Positions 47,035 through 57,093 of a stretch of 57,477 bases of DNA are shown piece by piece. The translations under genes and the position numbers were made by a program. The DNA is from Candidatus Nealsonbacteria bacterium (GTDB lineage Bacteria; Patescibacteriota; Minisyncoccia; Minisyncoccales; PWPS01): the NCBI GenBank assembly GCA_003560095.1, contig PWJI01000018.1, forward strand, positions 1-57,477. The letters are read 5' to 3'. The number at the start of each line of letters is the position of its first letter. Position 1 is the stretch's first letter. The notes under the pieces are model-generated. The model worked only from the letters and a program-made list of their open reading frames with translations. It had not been told where the DNA came from and did not search any database.

Positions 47035-49404
47035 ATGCCCAAATATACAATTTCGTATAAAAAAGTAGGTTATAAGGATTTGCCACTTGTTGGTGGGAAA
47101 AACGCTTCTTTGGGGGAAATGATAAAATCCCTCACAAAAAAAGGGGTTGCTGTTCCCGGTGGTTTTGCTATTACAACAGAAAGTTACTGGGCTTTTCTTG
47201 AAAAAAATGAGATTCTAGGAGAGCTTAAAAAATTGTTAAAAAAATATGACAGGAATAGTACAAAAAGCTTAAGAGAGACGGGAAAAAAAGCAAGAGAAGT
47301 GATAATGAAAGGAGAATTTCCAAAAGAAGTGGAAGAAGAAATAAGAAAATCATACAGGGAAATGTGTAAAGGAGGAAAAGATTTAAGTGTAGCTGTTCGT
47401 TCTTCTGCTGTTTGTGAAGACGCTCCGGACACATCATTTGCCGGACAGTTTGAAACTTTCTTAAATATTTCCGGAGAGGAAAATATTTTAAAGGCTGTAA
47501 AAGAATGCATAGCATCATCTTTTAATGATCGTGTTATTGCTTATCGTGAAGAGAAGAAGGTTCCTCATTTGAAGTTTGCTCTTTCTGTCGGGGTACAAAA
47601 AATGGTGCGCTCCGATAAGGCTTCTTCGGGAATTATATTTACACTGGATACGGAAAGTGGATTTAGAGATATGGTTTTAGTTAACTCAATATTCGGAGTG
47701 GGGGAGATGATTGTCCAGGGAAGTGTTACTCCCGATGAATTTTATGTTTTTAAGTCTACTCTGGACAAAGGGTATCCGGCAATTATTCGTAAAGATTTAG
47801 GAAGAAAGACAAAAGAATTTATTTATAAGAAAGGAGGAGGATTAAAAGAAAAAAAGGTTTCTGAAAAAAGAGCTTTACAATTCTCAATTACTGATGAGGA
47901 AATACTTACTCTTGCCAAGTGGGCAATGATAATTGAAAAGCATTATAAAAAACCTCAAGATATAGAGTGGGCTAAAGACGGAGAGACAGGTGAGCTCTTT
48001 ATTGTTCAGTCAAGGCCTGAAACAGTTCACTCTTCCAAGAAAGAAAATAAATATCTTGAATATAAAATTGGCGCAAAAGAAAAACCCATTGTTACCGGTA
48101 TTGCCGTAGGAGAAAAAATTGGAAAAGGAAAGGTTAAGGTTATTGAAGATGTAAACGAAATGGAAAGATTTCAAGAAGGCGATGTTTTGGTAACCAAAAT
48201 GACTGATCCGGATTGGGTAAGTATTATGCGTATGGCTTCTGCGATTATTACAGACGAAGGAGGGAAAACTGCTCACGCATCGATTGTTGGAAGAGAACTT
48301 GGAATTCCTACTATTGTTGGTACGGAGAACGGAACAAAAAAACTAAAAGACAAAACACTTGTTACTGTTGATTGTACCCAAGGCTTGGACGGAAAAGTTT
48401 ATAAGGGAGATGTGCCATATTCCGTGAAAGAATATAATCTCGAAAAAATACCGGAAACAAAAACAAAGGTTATGCTTAACGTGGGAACTCCCGAAATGGC
48501 ATTTCGTGCCTCTCATCTTCCCTCAGGAGGAGTTGGTCTTGCAAGGGTTGAATTTATTTTAGCCGAAAAAATAAAAGTACATCCACTGGCTCTTTATAAT
48601 TATAAAAAGATAAAAGACAAAAAAGTAAAGAAAAAAATAGACGAAATTACCATAGAGCATAAAGACAAGAGAGAGCACTTTGTGAAAGAGCTTGCCGAAG
48701 GGATTGCTCAAATAGCAGCTGCCTTTTATCCTCGTGAAACAATAGTTCGTTTATCTGACTTTAAAACCAACGAATATCGTAATTTGGTTGGGGGAGAGTT
48801 CTATGAGGGGGAAGAATCAAATCCAATGATTGGATTTCGTGGAGCTTCGAGGTATCTTAATGAAAATTTTTATCCCGCGTTTCAAATGGAATGTGAGGCA
48901 ATTAAAAGAGCTAAAGAGGTTTTTGGACTTACCAATATATCATTAATGGTTCCTTTTTGTCGAAGTATTAAAGAAGGAAAAGAAATTAAAAAGCGAATCA
49001 AAAAAGAAAAAATAAAAGATACCAAAATTTATGTTATGGCTGAGATACCATCTAATGTTGTTTTGGCAGAAGAGTTTAGTGAGGCTTTTGATGGATTTTC
49101 AATTGGCAGTAATGATTTAGCTCAACTTGTTTTAGGGGTTGATAGGGATAATTCTTTACTCTCCAAACAGTATGACGAAAACAATCCTGCAATAAGAAAA
49201 ACCATTGCAGAATTTTTGAAAGAAACACGCAAATTAAAAGAAAGTGTTGGTATTTGTGGAGAAGCTCCGGCAATAATTCCCGGATTTGTAGAATTTTTAG
49301 TGGAGAATAAAATAGGATATATATCAGTAAATCCGGATTCTTTTGTTCAGACTGTTAAAAAAATTCATAAAACGGAAAACCAAAAAAAGAAAACTAAGAA
49401 GTAA
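47035..49404 (+). CDS. ppsA: Phosphoenolpyruvate synthase (pyruvate, water dikinase)
   Basis: VGGKNASLGEM, SFAGQ, DIEWAKDG, GGKTAHA, RLSDFKTNEY, FSIGSNDL, GICG. Confidence 0.96.
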   Translation: MPKYTISYKKVGYKDLPLVGGKNASLGEMIKSLTKKGVAVPGGFAITTESYWAFLEKNEILGELKKLLKKYDRNSTKSLRETGKKAREVIMKGEFPKEVEEEIRKSYREMCKGGKDLSVAVRSSAVCEDAPDTSFAGQFETFLNISGEENILKAVKECIASSFNDRVIAYREEKKVPHLKFALSVGVQKMVRSDKASSGIIFTLDTESGFRDMVLVNSIFGVGEMIVQGSVTPDEFYVFKSTLDKGYPAIIRKDLGRKTKEFIYKKGGGLKEKKVSEKRALQFSITDEEILTLAKWAMIIEKHYKKPQDIEWAKDGETGELFIVQSRPETVHSSKKENKYLEYKIGAKEKPIVTGIAVGEKIGKGKVKVIEDVNEMERFQEGDVLVTKMTDPDWVSIMRMASAIITDEGGKTAHASIVGRELGIPTIVGTENGTKKLKDKTLVTVDCTQGLDGKVYKGDVPYSVKEYNLEKIPETKTKVMLNVGTPEMAFRASHLPSGGVGLARVEFILAEKIKVHPLALYNYKKIKDKKVKKKIDEITIEHKDKREHFVKELAEGIAQIAAAFYPRETIVRLSDFKTNEYRNLVGGEFYEGEESNPMIGFRGASRYLNENFYPAFQMECEAIKRAKEVFGLTNISLMVPFCRSIKEGKEIKKRIKKEKIKDTKIYVMAEIPSNVVLAEEFSEAFDGFSIGSNDLAQLVLGVDRDNSLLSKQYDENNPAIRKTIAEFLKETRKLKESVGICGEAPAIIPGFVEFLVENKIGYISVNPDSFVQTVKKIHKTENQKKKTKK

Positions 49405-49463
49405 AACGTAAATCATTTTTTTCTTAAGCCTAAAAGAAGAATTTTGGTTTTAAATTTTTGAAA

Positions 49464-50450
49464 ATGTTTGATGTAATTACTTTTGGATCTGCAACAAAGG
49501 ATATTTTCTTGCGCCCAAAAGAGAACAATATAGTTAATGGTGACCAATTTTCTTCAGGAAGTGGTGTTTGTTTTTCCTTGGGATCAAAGATAAGAACGGA
49601 TGAAATTTATTTTACTTCCGGAGGTGGCGGAACTAATGCCGCTGCAACTTTTGCAAAGCAAGGATTTTCTGTTGCATATTGTGGTAAGGTTGGAAGAGAT
49701 AGTGCCGGAGATGCAATATTAAGAGAGCTTAATTATTACGGAGTTGATACACAACTTATTTCTTACTCTGACGAAAAATTAACAAATCACTCTGTTATTC
49801 TTGATACACCTGAAGTTGATAGAACAATTTTTGTTTATAAGGGAGCCTCTGAAACACAAGAAAAAAGGGATGTTTTTTTTGAAGACTTAAATGCGAAATG
49901 GTTTTATTTTGCCCCCTTTTCCCTAAATACAAAAAATCTTTTTTACGACCTTATTGATTATGCATTAAGAGAGAAAATCGATTTTTTTATTAATCCGGGA
50001 AAGGATCAATTAAAAGACGAGAAAATAAAGGATGTTCTAAAAAAAGCAAAAATAGTTTTAATGAATCTCGAAGAAACATCTATGTTGCTAAGGGCTTCTC
50101 ATTTTGATAAGAAAAAATTGATAAAAGAAATAGCTGATTTAAGAGATGGCATTACTTTGATTACTCTGGGCTTTGAAGGTGCTGTTGCTTGCTTTGATGG
50201 TATTTTTTATTATTCAAAACCGATTATTTCTGGCGCTGTTGATAGAACGGGCGCCGGAGACTCGTTTGGATCAGGTTTTCTTTCTGAATTTATGAGGTCA
50301 AAAAACATTAAAGAGAGCATCCAGTTTGCTGTTGCAAATTCAACCTCTTGTGTTCAGGAAAAGGGTGCTAAAAATGGCCTCCTTAGGGGAAGTGAGAATT
50401 ATTCAAAACCAAAAGTTTTTAAAAGTAAAAATATAGAAGAAATTATATAA
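49464..50450 (+). CDS. PfkB family carbohydrate kinase
   Basis: GGGGTNAA, DRTGAGDSFGSGF; adjacent to fba. Confidence 0.9.
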   Translation: MFDVITFGSATKDIFLRPKENNIVNGDQFSSGSGVCFSLGSKIRTDEIYFTSGGGGTNAAATFAKQGFSVAYCGKVGRDSAGDAILRELNYYGVDTQLISYSDEKLTNHSVILDTPEVDRTIFVYKGASETQEKRDVFFEDLNAKWFYFAPFSLNTKNLFYDLIDYALREKIDFFINPGKDQLKDEKIKDVLKKAKIVLMNLEETSMLLRASHFDKKKLIKEIADLRDGITLITLGFEGAVACFDGIFYYSKPIISGAVDRTGAGDSFGSGFLSEFMRSKNIKESIQFAVANSTSCVQEKGAKNGLLRGSENYSKPKVFKSKNIEEII

Positions 50451-50452
50451 TC

Positions 50453-51283
50453 ATGATAAGGGAGATATTAGAAGAATACAGCAGAAAAAATATTGCAATT
50501 GGTCAATTTAATTTTTCAACAATTGATCAATTGAAAGGAATTGCTCGTGCAGGAAAAGAAAAAAATGTTTCTGTAATTTGTGGTACCTCTCAGGGCGAAG
50601 CTAATTTTTTGGGTATGCGGGAAGCATCTTCTTTAATTAAGGCAATAAAAGAAGAAGGAGGTTCTTTGTTTTTGAATTTTGATCACGGAGAAGATGTTGA
50701 AACATTAAAGAGGGCAATTGATTTGGGGTATGACATGGTTCATTTTGACGGAGGAAAGCTTTCATTAAAAGAAAATATTGAAAAAACGAGAGAGGTGGTA
50801 AATTATGCAAGAAGAAAAAAGGTTTTGGTTGAGGGGGAGGTTTCTGAGATTGGAGGAAAATCTACAGTGTCAGACGAAAAAATTGATGATTTTTCCTTGA
50901 CTTCTTTGGAAGAAATTGTTAAATTTATCAAGGAAACGGATGTCGATCTTATTGCACTTGACATAGGAAATGTTCACGGAATACACAAAGGATCTCCTTT
51001 GCTTAAGCTTGAAAGAATAAATCTTCTTTTAGAGCAGGTTTCTTGTTTTGTAACTTTGCACGGAGGTTCAGGAATTGATGATAGCTCTATCAAAGAGGCA
51101 ATATCAAGAGGAGTTGTGAAAATAAATATTAATACGGAGTTAAGGCTTTCTTGGAGAAATTCTTTAAAAAAGTTCATAGAAGAAAATCCAAAAGAGATTA
51201 CTCCTTATAAGATACTTTCTTCTTCAGAAAAAAACACATACTTGGAGGTATCCAAAAAAATAGATTTATTTTTGCAAAATTAA
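50453..51283 (+). CDS. fba: Class II fructose-bisphosphate aldolase
   Basis: DHG, VEGE, IGNVHG, LHGGSG, KININTE. Confidence 0.92.
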   Translation: MIREILEEYSRKNIAIGQFNFSTIDQLKGIARAGKEKNVSVICGTSQGEANFLGMREASSLIKAIKEEGGSLFLNFDHGEDVETLKRAIDLGYDMVHFDGGKLSLKENIEKTREVVNYARRKKVLVEGEVSEIGGKSTVSDEKIDDFSLTSLEEIVKFIKETDVDLIALDIGNVHGIHKGSPLLKLERINLLLEQVSCFVTLHGGSGIDDSSIKEAISRGVVKININTELRLSWRNSLKKFIEENPKEITPYKILSSSEKNTYLEVSKKIDLFLQN

Positions 51284-51308
51284 TACGTGAGAAAAATCAT
51301 TTTTAAAA

Positions 51309-51530
51309 ATGAAAAAAATAATTTTTGAAAGAGATAAGTGTATTGGTTGTGGGACGTGTAGTGTTGTTTGCCCGAGTTTTTGGAAGATGGAAAATGACGG
51401 AAGAGCTTTTTTGATTGGAGCTAATGAAGAAAACGGCATAATGGAAAAAGATATTAGTGAAATAAGTTGCAATATCGAAGCATCGGAAAGTTGTCCGGTT
51501 CAATGTATTCACATAAAAGATAATAATTAA
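51309..51530 (+). CDS. Monocluster ferredoxin
   Basis: CIGCGTCSVVCP...ASESCPVQCI. Confidence 0.92.
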   Translation: MKKIIFERDKCIGCGTCSVVCPSFWKMENDGRAFLIGANEENGIMEKDISEISCNIEASESCPVQCIHIKDNN

Positions 51531-52223
51531 ATGAGCACTAAAAAGAAAATATTTGGTAAGAAGAGAGATAAAAAAGAAAGAATTGACGCTGGCAGTATTC
51601 CTGCTGTTCTCTATGGAGCTAAAAAAGAAAATATTATTTTTTCTGTTAATAAAAAAGATTTTTTAAATCTTTATAGTGAAGTTGGAGAGAATAATCTTAT
51701 TGATCTTGAAATTGAGGATAATAAAAAAAACTTAACAGTTCTTATTTATGAAACTCAAATCGATCCGGAAACAAGAGAAATAATCCATGTTGACTTTTAT
51801 GAGCCAAACCTAAAAGAAGAAGTGGAGGCCGAAGTGCCGCTTGATTTTTTTGGAAGTTCTTTGGCAGTAGAGGAAGAGAGTGGAACACTTGTAAAGAACG
51901 CTTATTCGGTTATTGTAAAGGCTTTACCGGAAAGTCTTCCCTCTGAGCTGAAAGTGGATATTGGAAAACTGAAAACATTTGATGATGTTATTTATGTGAA
52001 AGATATTGATCTTCCCGAAAATGTTCAAATCACCCAAGATCCGGATGCTGTTATTGCAATGGTTTCCGCTCCGGAGGACGTAGAAACTGAGCTTGAAAAA
52101 CCAATTGAAGAGGAGGGAGAGGTTGAAGTTGTCGGAGAAAAGAAAGACGAAGAAGATGATTTGGATGATGAATCAGAAAAAGAAAAGGATGTTAAAAAAG
52201 AAGAGGAGAGCGAAAAAGAATAA
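51531..52223 (+). CDS. rplY: 50S ribosomal protein L25/Ctc
   Basis: IPAVLYG, IIHVDFY, C-terminal domain, acidic tail. Confidence 0.93.
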   Translation: MSTKKKIFGKKRDKKERIDAGSIPAVLYGAKKENIIFSVNKKDFLNLYSEVGENNLIDLEIEDNKKNLTVLIYETQIDPETREIIHVDFYEPNLKEEVEAEVPLDFFGSSLAVEEESGTLVKNAYSVIVKALPESLPSELKVDIGKLKTFDDVIYVKDIDLPENVQITQDPDAVIAMVSAPEDVETELEKPIEEEGEVEVVGEKKDEEDDLDDESEKEKDVKKEEESEKE

Positions 52224-52236
52224 AAACAATAAAGCA

Positions 52237-53616
52237 ATGAAAACAAAAAACTTATTTTCAGTTATATTAATTTTTGTTTGTGTTTTTTTCCTCGGGATAA
52301 ATTTTTTATCAAATGATCTTGACGGGGAAAGACTTGTTTATGCAACTTCTCAGAAAGAAGATGAAAGAGCTCAGCTTGAAGAGGAGCTTGAAAGACTCGA
52401 GAGAGAGATTGCCGAAGCCGAAAGAGGAATTACTGCTACGGAAGCGGAAAAAGATAGCTTAAGAAATCAGATTAACAGAATTCAGGGAGAAATTAATCAA
52501 TTAACCGCTCAGATAAACAGAAATAGAGTGGCAATTCAGAACTTGGGCTTAAAGATTGAGGATACGCAAGGCTCCATAGTAAAAACTAATCAGAAAATAG
52601 AGCAATCAAGGGAAGAGCTTTCTGAAATGCTAAGAGCTATAAACGAAGAAGGGAGAAAATCTTCAATAGAAGTACTAATAAAAGAGGATAATCTCTCAGC
52701 TCTTTTTAGTAGCTTTAATTCTTTAGAGAGACTTTCTTCTCAGGCACAAAGTATTCTTGATGAAGTGAAAAATTTAAGAAATTCTCTTCAGGGATACAAG
52801 GGAGAGCTCGAGAGTGATAAAGAAGAAACTGAGAAAATTGCAAGAATGCAAGAAGCCCAGAAAGCACAAGAAGAGGCTGCGAGAAGAGATAGGGAAAGTC
52901 TTTACGGAATGACAGAAGAGGAGTACCAAAGACAAGTTGAAGAAAAAAAGAGACTAGAAGAAGAAGCAGAAAGAATTAGAGAAAGAATTTTTGAACTTAT
53001 TGGTCTTCCTGCCGATGTTGAGGCACCTAGCTTTGAAGAGGCTTATGAGATTGCAAAATGGGTTGAAAGATCTACAGGTATTCGTCCAGCGTTCTTACTT
53101 TCAATTATTCAACAAGAATCGGCGCTTGGTAGAAACGTGGGACAATGTTATCTTGCAGATACGTCAAGTGGAGCATCGGTAAATATTAATACGGGACAAA
53201 GATATTCTAACGGAATTCACCCAACAAGAGACATTCCTCCTTTTTTAAGTATTACGTCAGAGCTAGGAAGAGATCCTTTAAAAACAAGGGTTTCTTGTCC
53301 GCTTAGTTATGGCTATGGGGGGGCAATGGGACCTGCGCAATTTATTCCATCTACTTGGCAAATGGTTCGTAGTGAGGTTAGGGGAATACTTGGGCACGAG
53401 CCAAATCCTTGGAGTATTCGAGATTCATTTATGGCTTCAGGTGTACTTTTAAGAAGAAATGGAGGAACTCCTTCTTCTAGGCAAAACGAGTGGAATGCAG
53501 CTATGAGATATTTTTCCGGAGGAACAACCAATTCACAATTTTTCTGGTATGCAGATCAAGTAATTGATAGGGCTAATCAATTTGAACGTGATATTGAAAT
53601 AATGACCGGAAACTAA
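52237..53616 (+). CDS. Coiled-coil protein with C-terminal lytic murein transglycosylase (SLT_2-like)
   Basis: Signal/TM, long coiled coil, IIQQES, GAMGPAQFIPSTW, PWSIRDS; start set at ATG 52237, after rplY. Confidence 0.85.
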   Translation: MKTKNLFSVILIFVCVFFLGINFLSNDLDGERLVYATSQKEDERAQLEEELERLEREIAEAERGITATEAEKDSLRNQINRIQGEINQLTAQINRNRVAIQNLGLKIEDTQGSIVKTNQKIEQSREELSEMLRAINEEGRKSSIEVLIKEDNLSALFSSFNSLERLSSQAQSILDEVKNLRNSLQGYKGELESDKEETEKIARMQEAQKAQEEAARRDRESLYGMTEEEYQRQVEEKKRLEEEAERIRERIFELIGLPADVEAPSFEEAYEIAKWVERSTGIRPAFLLSIIQQESALGRNVGQCYLADTSSGASVNINTGQRYSNGIHPTRDIPPFLSITSELGRDPLKTRVSCPLSYGYGGAMGPAQFIPSTWQMVRSEVRGILGHEPNPWSIRDSFMASGVLLRRNGGTPSSRQNEWNAAMRYFSGGTTNSQFFWYADQVIDRANQFERDIEIMTGN

Positions 53617-53617
53617 A

Positions 53618-54694
53618 TTACTCAATATTGATTTTTTCTGTTATTTCGCGCTCCTTGGCTTCTTGGAGCGCTTTTATTATATCATTTAAATCTCCTTCAA
53701 GTATTTCTTCAAGCTTGTACCAACTTTGTTCTATTCGGTGATCGGTCACTCTATTTTGCATAAAATTATACGTTCTTATTTTTTCTGAACGCATTGCGTC
53801 TCCTATTTGAGATTTCCTTTCTTTTTCTTCTTTTTCTTGTTTTTTTCTTTGTTTTTCTTGAAGTATTTTTGCTTCCAGCACGGAAAGGGCTGTTTCTTTG
53901 TTTTGCTGCAGGCTTCTTTCGTTTTGAGATGTAACTACAATACCCGTTGGTTTATGAATAATTCTTATAGCTGTTTCTCTTTTATTTACATATTGCCCTC
54001 CCGGGCCGGAAGATTTGCAAGTTTCGGTATCAATATCTTGTGGATTAATCTTTACCTTTCCTTTAACCGGCTCTGGCAAGACAGCAACCGATGCCGTTGA
54101 GGTATGAACTCTTCCTGCTTTTTCTGTTTCAGGAACTCTTTGTACTCGATGAACTCCGGCTTCGTATTGCATTAAAGAAAATGGACTATTTCCTTTCATT
54201 TTAAAACTAACAAACTTATAGCCTCCTTTTTCTGTCTTACTTTCATCCATTATCTTAACATCCATATTTTTTTCTTGTGCAAATCTTTTATACATTTCAA
54301 GAAGGTTTCCTGCAAAGATTGAAGCTTCATCTCCTCCTGCCCCGGCTCTTATTTCAATAATAATATTTTTACTAAAACTTTCTTTACTTGGGTTGTTTTC
54401 TTTTTCATACAAAAGAATCTTCAATTTATATATAATATCTTCTTTTTCTTTTAGAAGTTTTTCGTTTTCTTCTTTTGCTATTTTGGTTAATTCTTCATCT
54501 TCATTGTTTTTTATTATTTCACTGTTTTCATTAATTCTTCTTTTGATGTTATCTAGTTCTTTCTTTTTTTCGACAATCTCTTCAAGTTGTTTTTTTTGCT
54601 CACCCAAAGAATCCCAATCTTTTACTTTTTCCGGTTGGGATAATTTTTCCATTAATTCGTTGTACTCCTTTTGAATTTTTTCTAGATTTGACAT
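53618..54694 (-). CDS. prfA: Peptide chain release factor 1
   Basis: EIRAGAGGDEA, HRVQRVPETE, GPGGQ, RSEKIRTYNF. Confidence 0.96.
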   Translation of the reverse strand: MSNLEKIQKEYNELMEKLSQPEKVKDWDSLGEQKKQLEEIVEKKKELDNIKRRINENSEIIKNNEDEELTKIAKEENEKLLKEKEDIIYKLKILLYEKENNPSKESFSKNIIIEIRAGAGGDEASIFAGNLLEMYKRFAQEKNMDVKIMDESKTEKGGYKFVSFKMKGNSPFSLMQYEAGVHRVQRVPETEKAGRVHTSTASVAVLPEPVKGKVKINPQDIDTETCKSSGPGGQYVNKRETAIRIIHKPTGIVVTSQNERSLQQNKETALSVLEAKILQEKQRKKQEKEEKERKSQIGDAMRSEKIRTYNFMQNRVTDHRIEQSWYKLEEILEGDLNDIIKALQEAKEREITEKINIE

Positions 54695-54780
54695 GATTTA
54701 GGAAATTAACTTAAATTTTAAGTTAATATTAAAACAAAACTCCCGCAAATGAAAATAAGGGGAGCTTGTTTTTGGTTTGG

Positions 54781-54990
54781 CTATTTTTTCTTTTTTGCCA
54801 TTTTTTGTTTGAACTTTTCCACCCTTCCCATTGTATCGAGAATTTTTCTTTTTACGGTATAAAAAGGATGACAAGAAGAGCAAACTTCCACTTTGGTTTT
54901 TTCTTTTGTTGATCCCATAGAAAAAGATGCTCCGCAAGAACAAACGGTTTCTGCTTTTTCGTAGTATTTTGGATGAATTTCTTTTTTCAT
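54781..54990 (-). CDS. rpmE: 50S ribosomal protein L31 (Zn-binding type)
   Basis: [28 protein letters not shown]. Confidence 0.96.
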   Translation of the reverse strand: MKKEIHPKYYEKAETVCSCGASFSMGSTKEKTKVEVCSSCHPFYTVKRKILDTMGRVEKFKQKMAKKKK

Positions 54991-55215
54991 AGTTTGGTTT
55001 TTTTAATCTTGCGCGTAAATGATAACAAAAAAATAAATAAAAAGCAAGAAAAATATTGATTCTTATTTCAAATGTGCTATACTCGAAAACAATAAAATCA
55101 ATTTCAATACTATATTGATTTGTGTGGTTATTATTAACTCTTACTTGAAACTGCAAGAGCAGTTTGTTTGTTTGTAGTTTGCAATATTAAATTTTATAAC
55201 GATAGAAAAAATAAA

Positions 55216-55914
55216 ATGAAAATTAAAGAAGAGAAAAATAATGTAAGTTCAAAAACAGAAGAAATGGCTAAGGCTGGCTTGCACTTTGGGCAGGGAGTTT
55301 CAAAGAGGCACCCAAAAATGGATCCTTTCATTGAAGGAGTAAAGGGTTCTGTACATATTATAGACTTAAAAACAACAGAGAAAAAGTTAGAAGAAGCCTT
55401 AAATTATTTTAAAAAAGCAAAAGAAGAGGGGAAGACTGTGATGTTTGTTTCGACGAAACCGGAGTTTCGAAAAATAGTAAAAGAAACTGCGGAGGCCTGC
55501 AGGATGCCTTATGTTGTTAATCGTTTCCTGGGAGGCACAATTACTAATTTTAATACAATTAAGAAAAGAATAGATTATTATAACGACTTATTAAGGCAGT
55601 CTGAGAGTGGAGAACTTGAAAGAAAATACACAAAACAGGAAAGAGTTAAAATATATAAAGAAATGGAAGGATTAAAAAAGAACTTTGAGGGAACAAGAGA
55701 GATGAAGAAAGTTCCGGACATTATTTTTGTCGTTGATATGGTAAAAGATAAGTTGGCAATTAAGGAAGCAAAAATGCGTGATATTACTGTTGTTGGAATT
55801 GCTGATACTAACGTAGATCCTACGGTCGCTGACTATTTTATTCCGGCAAACGATGACTCAATTAGTGCGGTTAGTTATATCTTGGGAAAAATAAAAGAAA
55901 CCTTAGAGGCCTAA
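55216..55914 (+). CDS. rpsB: 30S ribosomal protein S2
   Basis: AGLHFG, HIIDL, RFLGGTITNF, DTNVDP, IPANDD. Confidence 0.96.
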   Translation: MKIKEEKNNVSSKTEEMAKAGLHFGQGVSKRHPKMDPFIEGVKGSVHIIDLKTTEKKLEEALNYFKKAKEEGKTVMFVSTKPEFRKIVKETAEACRMPYVVNRFLGGTITNFNTIKKRIDYYNDLLRQSESGELERKYTKQERVKIYKEMEGLKKNFEGTREMKKVPDIIFVVDMVKDKLAIKEAKMRDITVVGIADTNVDPTVADYFIPANDDSISAVSYILGKIKETLEA

Positions 55915-55963
55915 AAGATAATTAAATTTATTTAGATTATTAGTAATAATTTTAATTAAAAAA

Positions 55964-56548
55964 ATGTCAAACATTGAAGAGGTAAAAAAACTTCGAGAAG
56001 AAACCGGTGTTTCAATGATGGAATGTAAAAAAGCACTGGAAGAAAATAATAACGATATCGAGAAAGCAAAAAAGGCGCTTCGAGAAAGAGGAGAGGAGCT
56101 TGCTGGAAAAAGAGCGGGTAGAGAAACAGGGGAGGGTGTTGTTGCAAGCTATATTCACTCAAATCAGAAATTGGGAGTATTGGTTGATGTTCGCTGTGAG
56201 TCTGATTTTGTTGCAAAGTCCGATGATTTTAAATCTTTTGCGCATGAAATTTGTTTGCAGGTTGCTGCTGCAAGACCCGAGTATTTAAATGAAGAAGAAA
56301 TTCCAAGTAAAGTTATTGAAGAAGAAAAGCAAATTATTTTAAAACAAGAAGAAGGGTCTAATAAGCCGGAAAATATAATGAACCAAATCGTAGAAGGAAG
56401 AATTAAAAAGTTTAAAAAAGAAAAAGTTCTTCTCTGTCAGTCTTGGGTGAAAGATGAAAAAAAGACAATAGAAAATTTGCTTAACGAAAAAATTGCAAAG
56501 ATTGGAGAAAAAATTGTAATAAAAAGATTTGAACGTTTTGAGATATAA
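55964..56548 (+). CDS. tsf: Elongation factor Ts (short form)
   Basis: VKKLREETGVSMMECKKAL, CESDFVA, IGEKIVIKRFERF. Confidence 0.95.
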   Translation: MSNIEEVKKLREETGVSMMECKKALEENNNDIEKAKKALRERGEELAGKRAGRETGEGVVASYIHSNQKLGVLVDVRCESDFVAKSDDFKSFAHEICLQVAAARPEYLNEEEIPSKVIEEEKQIILKQEEGSNKPENIMNQIVEGRIKKFKKEKVLLCQSWVKDEKKTIENLLNEKIAKIGEKIVIKRFERFEI

Positions 56549-56553
56549 AAATT

Positions 56554-56847
56554 ATGTTGATTTCTTTTATTGTTTTTGGAGTTAGTTTTTTGGGTATTTT
56601 TGTTTTCTTAATTCTTAAGATGCCAATTCTTGCAGAAATTCAAGAAACTAAAAAATTATCAGGAACGGATTATCCAATTAAAACCAAAATTGAAGAAGGA
56701 GTTAGAAGAGAAATCAAAGAGAGGTTTGAAGATTTCCTTCATAGAGTTCTTTCCGGATTACGGAAAATTATTCTTAAGATTGAGAAAACGGTAGCAGATT
56801 GGCTGAGTATGTTAAAAAAGAAGAAAGAAAAAGACGACAAGAAATAA
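56554..56847 (+). CDS. Hypothetical membrane-anchored protein
   Basis: N-terminal TM, basic amphipathic C-terminus. Confidence 0.65.
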   Translation: MLISFIVFGVSFLGIFVFLILKMPILAEIQETKKLSGTDYPIKTKIEEGVRREIKERFEDFLHRVLSGLRKIILKIEKTVADWLSMLKKKKEKDDKK

Positions 56848-56861
56848 CGTTAGCATGGATT

Positions 56862-56934
56862 GCCGGTGTAGCTCAGTGGCCAGAGCAGCTGTTTTGTAAA
56901 CAGCAGGCCGTGGGTTCGAATCCCACCGCCGGCT
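56862..56934 (+). tRNA. tRNA-Thr(TGT); CCA not encoded
   Basis: Acceptor gccggtg/cgccggc; anticodon arm gctgt-ttTGTaa-acagc; T arm gtggg-ttcgaat-cccac. Confidence 0.95.
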
Positions 56935-56940
56935 CATGAT

Positions 56941-56968
56941 TTGACAAGTTTTTGATTTTATGTACAAT
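56941..56968 (+). promoter_or_regulatory. Putative rRNA promoter
   Basis: TTGACA-16 nt-TACAAT upstream of the 16S gene. Confidence 0.75.
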
Positions 56969-57093
56969 TATTTCCAGCACTTTAAAAATTTATCCTTTGA
57001 GGAAGGAGCATATAGAGGCTCCTTCGAGTCAGTTTCTTAAAGTTGCTTCGAATATTATTTGAAGAATTTTAATTCTAGATGGATTAATCTCTT

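Noticed and set aside
52093..52236. Lys-rich N-terminal extension of the transglycosylase ORF, and similar extensions at 4401, 39497, 44074 and 55168
   Set aside because: These overlap upstream genes, terminators or leaders; downstream ATGs give normal N-termini
54698..55156. 152-aa minus-strand ORF and the many Phe/Ser-rich antisense ORFs
   Set aside because: They overlap well-supported genes in other frames or strands and have no motifs; expected from A-rich coding strands
55964..56548. Truncated tsf pseudogene
   Set aside because: A short EF-Ts of about 200 aa is a known functional form, and both termini are intact
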